NCBI RefSeq assembly: GCF_009914755.1
Contig: NC_060940.1
Strand: one strand, 5' to 3'
Length of the DNA: 64,000 bases
DNA from: the human T2T-CHM13v2.0 reference genome, Homo sapiens
The notes beneath the pieces were generated by a model that saw only the letters and a list, made by a program, of their open reading frames with translations, had not been told where the DNA came from and did no database searches. Each line of letters opens with the position of its first letter. Position 1 is the stretch's first letter. Shown here in pieces: positions 34,664 through 64,000 of this stretch. The position numbers and the translations under genes are program-made.

Positions 34664-35070
34664 CTACCCGAGACATCTTAGGAGATTTGTAATAGCTGTA
34701 ATGCCAGGTCCACCATATTTTTAGCATAAAGCAAATGTTTACGCGTGATATGACTGCACGGGCTTTCTTTCAGCTGGAGCCATAGCAACTCAAGTAGTAA
34801 CCCTATCTTAGTCTGATTAAAAGTAAATATTAGTCTGGGCATGGTGGGACATGCCTGTAATCCCAGTACTTTGGGAGGCTGAGACAGAAGGATTGCTTGA
34901 GCCCAGGAGTTTGAGACCAGCCTGGGCAACATGGAAAAACACCATCTCTACAAAAAATACAAAAATTAGCTGAGCGTGGTGGCACACACCTGTAGTCCCA
35001 GCACCTTGGGAGGGTGAGGCAGGAGGATCTCTTGAACCCGGGAGGTGGAAGCCGCAGTGGGCAATGATCA

Positions 35071-35930
<860 letters not shown>

Positions 35931-36412
35931 ATCATGCTACTGCACTCCAGCCTGGGCAACAGAGCAAGGCCCTGTCTCAAAAAAAAAAAAAAAAAGGAAC
36001 ATGACTTAATACATTCATTTTGGAGGATAAGTCTCTCAAAATAGGCCTTTCACTGGGGGAAAATGGTAAAAATACTCCCTGGTAATTCAAGAATTGGAGA
36101 CTCCTGAGATGCTGCTCATATTAGCTGAGCACTTATCAATACTTCACTTTTTTCCATATATACTCAAGGAACAAGTGCTATTTAAAGTGTTTCACTCCAC
36201 TGGGCTAGGTGCAAGACTATAAAGAGGTGTGAGGATCAACACTTTTATGAAAACCAGTGTCATTCTGGATATAGTTTCAGATGCTAGTGCAAAGGAAGCT
36301 CTTGGTATACGGAAAAAGTATTCAACAATAAATTAGGCATGGTTGCTTCCATTTTCTGCCTCACATACTTTTTTTTTCGTGGTTAAAGTGATACAATGTC
36401 TATGATATTTTA

Positions 36413-36688
<276 letters not shown>

Positions 36689-36809
36689 TCAGGCCAGGTG
36701 TGGTGGTGCACTCCTGCAATCCCAGCACTTTGGGAGGCTGAGATGGGCAGACAGCTTGACCTCAGGAATTCCAGACTAGCCTGGGCAACATGGCGAAACC
36801 CCATGTCTA

Positions 36810-37064
<255 letters not shown>

Positions 37065-37095
37065 CTACAGTCCTCTATTAAGCAATGTGCCACAG

Positions 37096-37484
37096 CAGGG
37101 TCCCTGACCCCTGGGCCATGGACATGTACTGGTCTGTGGCCTGTTAGGAACTGGGCCACAGAGCAGGAGGTGAATGGTGGGTAACAATTGAAGCTTCGTC
37201 TGTATTTCTGGCTGCTCCCCATTGCTTGCATTGCTGCCTGAGCTCTGCCTCCTGTCAGATCAGCAGCATCATTAGATTCTTACAGGAGCATGAACCCTGT
37301 TGTGAATTGCACACACGAGGGATCCAGGTTGCATATTCCTTATGAGAATCTAATTCCTGATGATTTGTGGTGGAACAGTTTCATCCCAAGACCATTACCA
37401 TCCTGCGCCCCATCCCTTGCCGCCTGTGGAAAAATTGTCTTCCACAAAGCCGGTCCCTGGTGCCAAAAATGTTGGGGACTGCTG
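37096..37484 (+). mobile_element. MER1B-like hAT DNA transposon
   Basis: cagggtccc...ggcctgttaggaac...tccctggtgccaaaaatgttggggactgctg. Confidence 0.8.
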
Positions 37485-38124
37485 TGCTTTAGAATCTGCC
37501 ATGAATCTGCAGCCTCTATTATATAGCTCCCTATAGACTTTGCTTCCTACCGTCTTACGTTCTGCCTTATAGGCATTTGACTTTGCAACCCTTGTTTTTG
37601 TTAGTATGCTACGCTGGTGACATTGACCAAATTGACCACACATTAATTATAAGCTTAGTTGGTGATGACCTCAACGGAATAACGTGACATAAGTATTGTG
37701 ACAATACTTCTTGCATGTATCTGCAGGTGGAATTGTAAACCTGGTGGTCCGAGATGGTCTAATTCCATCTTCCTATGTATCTCCTTATATTAATAGTGGT
37801 AACATTTGTGGTGGTGATTCAGCATTTCAATGCCTCTTCTCATGGCAACAACAAACGTTTTCCTTCTGAATCAACATTAACCTAGATGTTACTGCGGATC
37901 AAAATTAGACTCTACATTTTCAACCACAGAAATACCGGGCAGTAAAAATTTTTCTTAATATTGATTGCCTACATAGGTTGTGTAATTAGCATATGTTTAC
38001 AGTTCTATGATTTCTGCGTGGCTGCTACAGAGCTGGAGGGGGTAAAGCAACAGTATTTTCTCAGTTGTCCGAGCAGCATTACATTATAATAAATAGGTAA
38101 TATTAAACTGGGCTGATGAGAGTT

Positions 38125-39670
38125 GCAAAAGACTACTTTAATGTTCATATGGAACCAAAAAAGAGCCCACATTGCCAAGACAATCCTAAGCCCAATGAAC
38201 AAAGCTGGAGGCATCATGCTACCTGACTTCAAACTATACTACAAGGCTACAGTAACCAAAACAGCCTGGTACTGCTACCGAAACAGACATATAGACCAAT
38301 GGAACAGAACAGAGCCCTCAGAAATAATACCACACATCTACAACCATCTGATCTTTGACAAACCTGACAAAAACAAGAAATGCAGAAAGGATTCCCTACT
38401 TAATAAATAGTGCTGGGAAAACTGGCTAGCCCTATGTAGAAAGCTGAAACTGGATCCCTTCCTTACACCTTATACAAAAATTAATTCAAGATGGATTAAA
38501 GACTTAAATGTTAGACCTAAAGCCATAAAAACCCTAGAAGAAAACCTAGGCAATACCATTCAGGACATAGGGATGGGCAAGGACTTCATGTCTAAAACAC
38601 CAAAAGCAATGGCAACAGAAGCCAAAACTGACAAATGGGATCTAATTAAACTAAAGAGCTTCTGCACAGCAAAAGAAACTAGGATCAGTGTGAACAGGCA
38701 ACCTAGAGAATGGGAGAAAATTTTTGCCATCTACTTATCTGACAAAAGGCTAATATCCAGAATCTACAAAGAACACCAACAAATTTACAAGAAAAAAAAA
38801 CAAACCCCATCAAAAAGTGGGCAAAGCATATGAACAGACACTTCTCAAAAGAAGACATTTATGCAGCCAACAGACACATGAAAAAATGCTCATCATCACT
38901 GGCCATCAGAGAAATGCAAATCAAAACCGCAATGAGATATCATCTCACACCAGTTAGAATGGCGATCATTAAAAAGTCAGGAAACAACAGGTGCTGGAGA
39001 GGATGTGGAGAAATAGGAACACTTTTACACTGTTGGTAGGACTGTAAACTGGTTCAACCATTGTGGAAGACAGTGTGGCGATTCCTCAGGGATCTAGAAC
39101 TAGAAATACCATTTGACCCAGCCATCCCATTACTGGATACATACCCAAAGGATTATAAATCATGCTGCTATAAAGACACATGCACACATATGTTTATCGC
39201 GGCAATATTCACGATAGTGAAGACTTGGAACCAACACAAATGTCCATCAATGATAGACTGGATTAAGAAAATGTGGCACAGATACACCATGGAGTACTAT
39301 GCAGCCATAAAAAAGGATGAGTTCATGTCCTTTGTAGAGACATGGATGAAGCTGGAAACGATCACTCTCAGCAAACTATCACAAGGACAAAAAACCAAAC
39401 ACCGCATGTTCTCACTCACAGATGCGAATTGAACAATGAGAACACTTGGACACAGGAAGGGGAACATCACACACTGGGGCCTCTTGTGTGGTGGGGGAGG
39501 GGGAAGGGATAGCAGTAGGAGATACACCTAATGTAAATGACGAGTTAATGGGTGCAGTACACCAACATGGCACATGTATACATATGTAACAAACCTGCAC
39601 ATTGTGTACATGTACCCTATAACTTAAAGTATAATTTTAAAAAATAAGTAAATAAATAAATAAAAAAAGA
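38125..39670 (+). mobile_element. 5'-truncated L1PA (3' part of ORF2, 3' UTR, poly-A)
   Basis: ORFs 38123..39432 are L1 ORF2 C-terminal fragments ([27 protein letters not shown]) broken by stops and frameshifts; G-rich 3' UTR tract; A-tail. Confidence 0.95.
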
Positions 39671-39675
39671 AACAA

Positions 39676-40257
39676 TTGCTGGCTTTGCAATTCTCTTTCC
39701 TCCAAAATCGCCAAGGCCTCAATTTACTCATTGCTGAAAAAGGACGACTCTGTATATTTTTAAATGAAGAGTGTTGTTTTTACCTAAATCAATCTGGCCT
39801 GGTATATGACAACATAAAAAAACTCAAGGATAGAGTCCAAAAACTTGCCAACCAAGCAAATAATTATGCTGAACCCCCTTGGGCACTCTCTTAATTGGAT
39901 GTCCTGGGTCCTCCCAATTCTTAGTCCTTTAATACCTGTTTTTCTCCTTCTCTTATTCGGACCGTGTGTCTTCTGTTTAGTTTCTCAATTCATACAAAAC
40001 CGTATTCAGGCCATCACCAATAATTCTATATGACAAATGCTCCTTCTAACAACCCCACAGTATCAGCCCTTACCCCAAAATCTTTCTTCAGTTGAATCTC
40101 TCCCACTGTAGGTTCCCAGGCCGCCCCTAATCCCGCTCGAAGCAGCCCTGAGAAACATCGCCCATTATCTCTCCATATCACCCCCACAAATTTTCGCCAC
40201 CCCAACACTTTACCACTATTTTGTTTTATTTTTCTTATTAACATAAGAAGACAGGAA
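39676..40257 (+). mobile_element. HERV-H 3' internal remnant: env transmembrane fragment and polypurine tract
   Basis: LQNRQGLNLLIAEKGRLCIFLNEECCFY is the immunosuppressive domain plus CX6CC motif; frameshifted before WMSWVLPILSPL; aagaagacaggaa precedes the LTR. Confidence 0.88.
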
Positions 40258-40715
40258 TGTCAGGCCTCTGAGTCCAAGCTAAGCCATCATATCCCAGTGA
40301 CCTGCACGTATACATCCAGATGGCCTGAAGCAACTGAAGATCCACAGAAGTGAAAACAGCCTTAACTGAAGACATTCCACCATTGTCATTTGTTTCTGCC
40401 CCACCCTAACTGATCAATGTACTTTGTAATCTGCCCCACTCTTAAGAAGGTTCTTTATCATCTCCCCCACCCTTAAGAAGTTTCTTTGTAATTCTCCTCA
40501 CCCTTGACAATGTACTTTATGAGATCCACCTCCTGCCCCCAAAACACTGCTCTTAACTCCACCGCCTATCCCCAAACCTATAAGAACCAGTGATAATCAC
40601 ACCACCCTTTGCTGACTCCTTTTTTGGACTCAGCCCGCCTGCACCCAGGTGAAATAAACAGCCATGTTGCTCACACAAAGCATGTTTGGTGGTCTCTTCA
40701 CACAGACACGTGAGA
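40258..40715 (+). mobile_element. LTR7-family 3' LTR of HERV-H
   Basis: tgtcaggcctctgagtccaagctaagcc...cccgcctgcacccaggtgaaataaacagcc. Confidence 0.9.
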
Positions 40716-40887
40716 CAGGAGTTCGAGACCAGCCTGGCCAATCTGGTGAAACTCTATGTCTCTACTAAAAATACAAAAATTAGCTGGGCATGGTGGCGGG
40801 CACCTGTAATCCCAGCTACTCGGGAAGCTGAGGCACAAAAATTGCTTGAACCCAGGAGGCAGAGTTTGCAGTGAGCCAAGATCACAC

Positions 40888-41343
40888 TGTCAGGCCTCTG
40901 AGCCCAAGCCAAGCCATTGCATCCCCTGTGACTTGCACGTATACATCCAGATGGCCTGAAGTAACTGAAGATCCACACAAGAAGTAAAAATAGCCTTAAC
41001 TGATGACATTCCACCATTGTGATTTGTTTCTGCCCCACCCTAACTGTTCAATGTACTTTGTAATCTCCCCCACCCTTAAGAAGGTACTTTGTAATCTCCC
41101 CAACCCTTAAGAAGGTTCTTTGTAATTCTCCCCACCCTTGAGAATGTACTTTGTGAGATCCACCCCTGCCTGCAAACATGGCTCTTCACCCCCTATCCCA
41201 AAACCTGTAAGAACTAATGATAATCCACCACCCTTTGCTGACTCTCTTTTCGGACTCAGCCCGCCTGCACCCAGGTGAAATAAACAGCCATGTTGCTCAC
41301 ACAAAGCCTGTTTAGTGGTCTCTTCACACGGACGCGCATGAAA
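40888..41343 (+). mobile_element. LTR7 solo LTR inserted in an Alu right arm
   Basis: tgtcaggcctctgagcccaagcc...gacgcgcatgaaa; 5-bp TSD CACAC at 40883-40887 and 41344-41348; the Alu resumes after it. Confidence 0.92.
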
Positions 41344-42164
41344 CACACGACCGCACTTCAGGCTGGGCGACAGAGCTAGATTCCATCTCAAAAAAAATAA
41401 AACAAAAAGGAGTCACCTCCCCCGAGAGGCCTCTGGACCACCCCATCTGAGCAGGCCACTCTTCCTTCTCTATCTTACCATCTTGTTTCTGTCCCAGTAG
41501 TTAGGGCTACCTCCAGTAATCCTATTTGTCCCTTTACTGTTTAGTGCGTCTCGCTTGACTAGAAGCTCCATGAAAGCAAGAGACCCTACCTGCCTCCTTC
41601 GCCACTAGACCCCCAGGGCCTGGTATGTGGTGATCGCTCAGGGCCCATTTTCTTCCTTTCCTCCTCCTCCAAGGGTGGGGAAAGAGCATCAGAAGGTCTA
41701 GGTGGCCCCAGGCCCAAACAATGCTCCTTTAAAAGGAAACCAGATTGTTACAAAGGTCAGAGGCTGAAAAGTTATTTCCGCCTTTTATCCCTCTAAATTC
41801 TTCACTTCCTGAAAAAACAAACAAACAAAAAAGCCACTGAGGGCCCTTGGACTAAATCCAGGCCTCAGTTGCTGGGCAGAGGTCAGTCTTGTCCAGACAT
41901 GGGAAAAAAATAACTCGAGTCAGACAGGTGGGTCACCAGAGAACGAATCCAGCCTGCAAATGGCCTGTGCAATCTTCAGCTCTGTCCAGACCTGCCTCCC
42001 TTTGGGGATGCCTTTAAAGGTGATGAATGATCTGGATGAATGGGCTTAGAAGATAAGAGGGAAAAACAAATATCACAGGTCAAATCGTTATTTGTCTTCA
42101 AGTTTAACACCGTCTACTGGACTAAAAGATGTCCAAAGAATAGTTGTTCAACTATGTAAATTCC

Positions 42165-46460
<4,296 letters not shown>

Positions 46461-47019
46461 CAAAAAACGACTGGAAAGGAGATGAGGGTACTTGTGAAGC
46501 CATATTATATGACACGCTCTGTGCTAGGACTTTTATATACCTTGTCTCATCTCTTCATCTCATATAATCCTTACAAGGATCTCAAAAGTGGGGAAATCCC
46601 CATATAACTGAAGACGAAGGCAGTTCAGAAGTTCACTGATTTGCCCTAAGGTTCCTCAATTTGCAAACGTCAGGCCAATGATCCAACCCCAGGTATGTTT
46701 GGCAGTGAAGGACCAGTTGAGTCACAGCTGCAAGTAACCACCCTGCAGTGGTCCCTATCTTGGCCGTTAGCTTACATTGACATTTAACACTCAAATTTAC
46801 TCAGTAACACCAGCTATCATGTTTTCCACTAAAACTCCACAGCATTCTGGCAACTTTTCTATTTTAGAGCAATAAAGTAAATTGTTAGCATCCCTTTGAC
46901 ATATAAATATTTCTACAAATAGTAATTCTCTAGCCATTCATTTGGAGTATTTAAAACTCAACATTCATAGCACATTTTATGTGACAAAGAACTTCTGTTC
47001 AGAACACAAAAATAAGTCG

Positions 47020-47705
47020 TACATCTTCATTAAAAACGGGTGAAGAATTTGAACAAACATTTGCAAACTAAAATACAAATGAAATACACTCAACATCATT
47101 AGTCATCAAGAAAATAAAATTATGAGATAATCACTAATAATCACTACATATGCACCACAGTGATTAAAATTTTTTTAAGTTAAGCCACGTGACCCAACAA
47201 GGTGCATTCACTCAAGAGAAACGCAAATATATGTCCACTCAAAGACTTGCACATGAATGTTGAGAGCAGGTTTATACTGAATAGCGCAATGTGAAAAAAC
47301 CCCAAAATCTAGCAAAGGATGAAGGGAGAAATAAACTGTGGTATATACATACAATAGAACACTACTCAATAATAAAAAGGATTATATTCCTGATACATGC
47401 AATATGGGTGAACCGTAAAAATATCATGCTGAGCAAGAGAAGCCAAACACAAGAGAACATGTTGTTATGATTTCACGTACATGAAACTTTAGTAAAGACA
47501 AGTCTAATCCATAGTGACAGAAAGCAAATCAGTAACTGCTGACAGGGGCAAATGAGGAGATGATCTCAAGGGAACCTTCTGGGGTAAGACGCTGTTCTGT
47601 ATCTCGATCGTATTGGTGGTCACACAAGTGAAGACATGTTAGAACTCATCAAACCATACACTTAGAATGTGTAATATAAACCTCAATAAAGCAAAATTAA
47701 AAAAA
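47020..47705 (+). mobile_element. Old L1M-type 3' fragment
   Basis: ctcaacatcattagtcatc...aataaactgtggtatatacatacaatagaacactactc...tataaacctcaataaagc. Confidence 0.7.
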
Positions 47706-47729
47706 AAAACCACCTTTAATTTTCTCTTA

Positions 47730-64000
<16,271 letters not shown>

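Noticed and set aside
38123-39432. Active L1
   Set aside because: 5'-truncated, with stops and frameshifts in ORF2.
39676-40033. Functional env/syncytin-like gene
   Set aside because: Only a short transmembrane fragment, frameshifted, with no signal peptide or surface domain.

Overview
Primate (almost certainly human chr16p) segmental-duplication mosaic built around the LCR16a core. Left to right: a plus-strand PLA2G10 exon fossil (~2.4 kb); a minus-strand NPIPB gene (NPIPB3/B4/B5-like; the paralog cannot be fixed from sequence alone); an Alu/LTR/L1-dense spacer (~26-47 kb) with nested THE1, MER41A, MER1B, L1PA and HERV-H/LTR7; and 16 exons of an unprocessed SMG1 pseudogene on the same minus strand, running off the right edge. 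The 7 hand-mapped NPIPB coding exons (25793 to 3570) give a 1035-aa protein with two coding VNTRs. Notable structure read from the sequence: (1) the NPIPB C-terminal PKRRR array is a tandemly amplified Alu right arm that also supplies the stop codon and polyA signals; (2) the main VNTR switches reading frame by a -19 nt deletion and returns by a +13 nt duplication; (3) three alternative phase-0 first coding exons; (4) an ACSM1-derived start exon apparently made by cag|GTG to caa ATG, with the ACSM terminal exon still spliceable into a 68-aa peptide; (5) a 108-nt NPIPA-type exon with a dead acceptor; (6) a 546-codon intact spliced ORF between two stops in the SMG1 pseudogene. NPIP, SMG1P and their readthrough are known in outline. 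Gene identities rest on recalled protein sequences, not on database searches.
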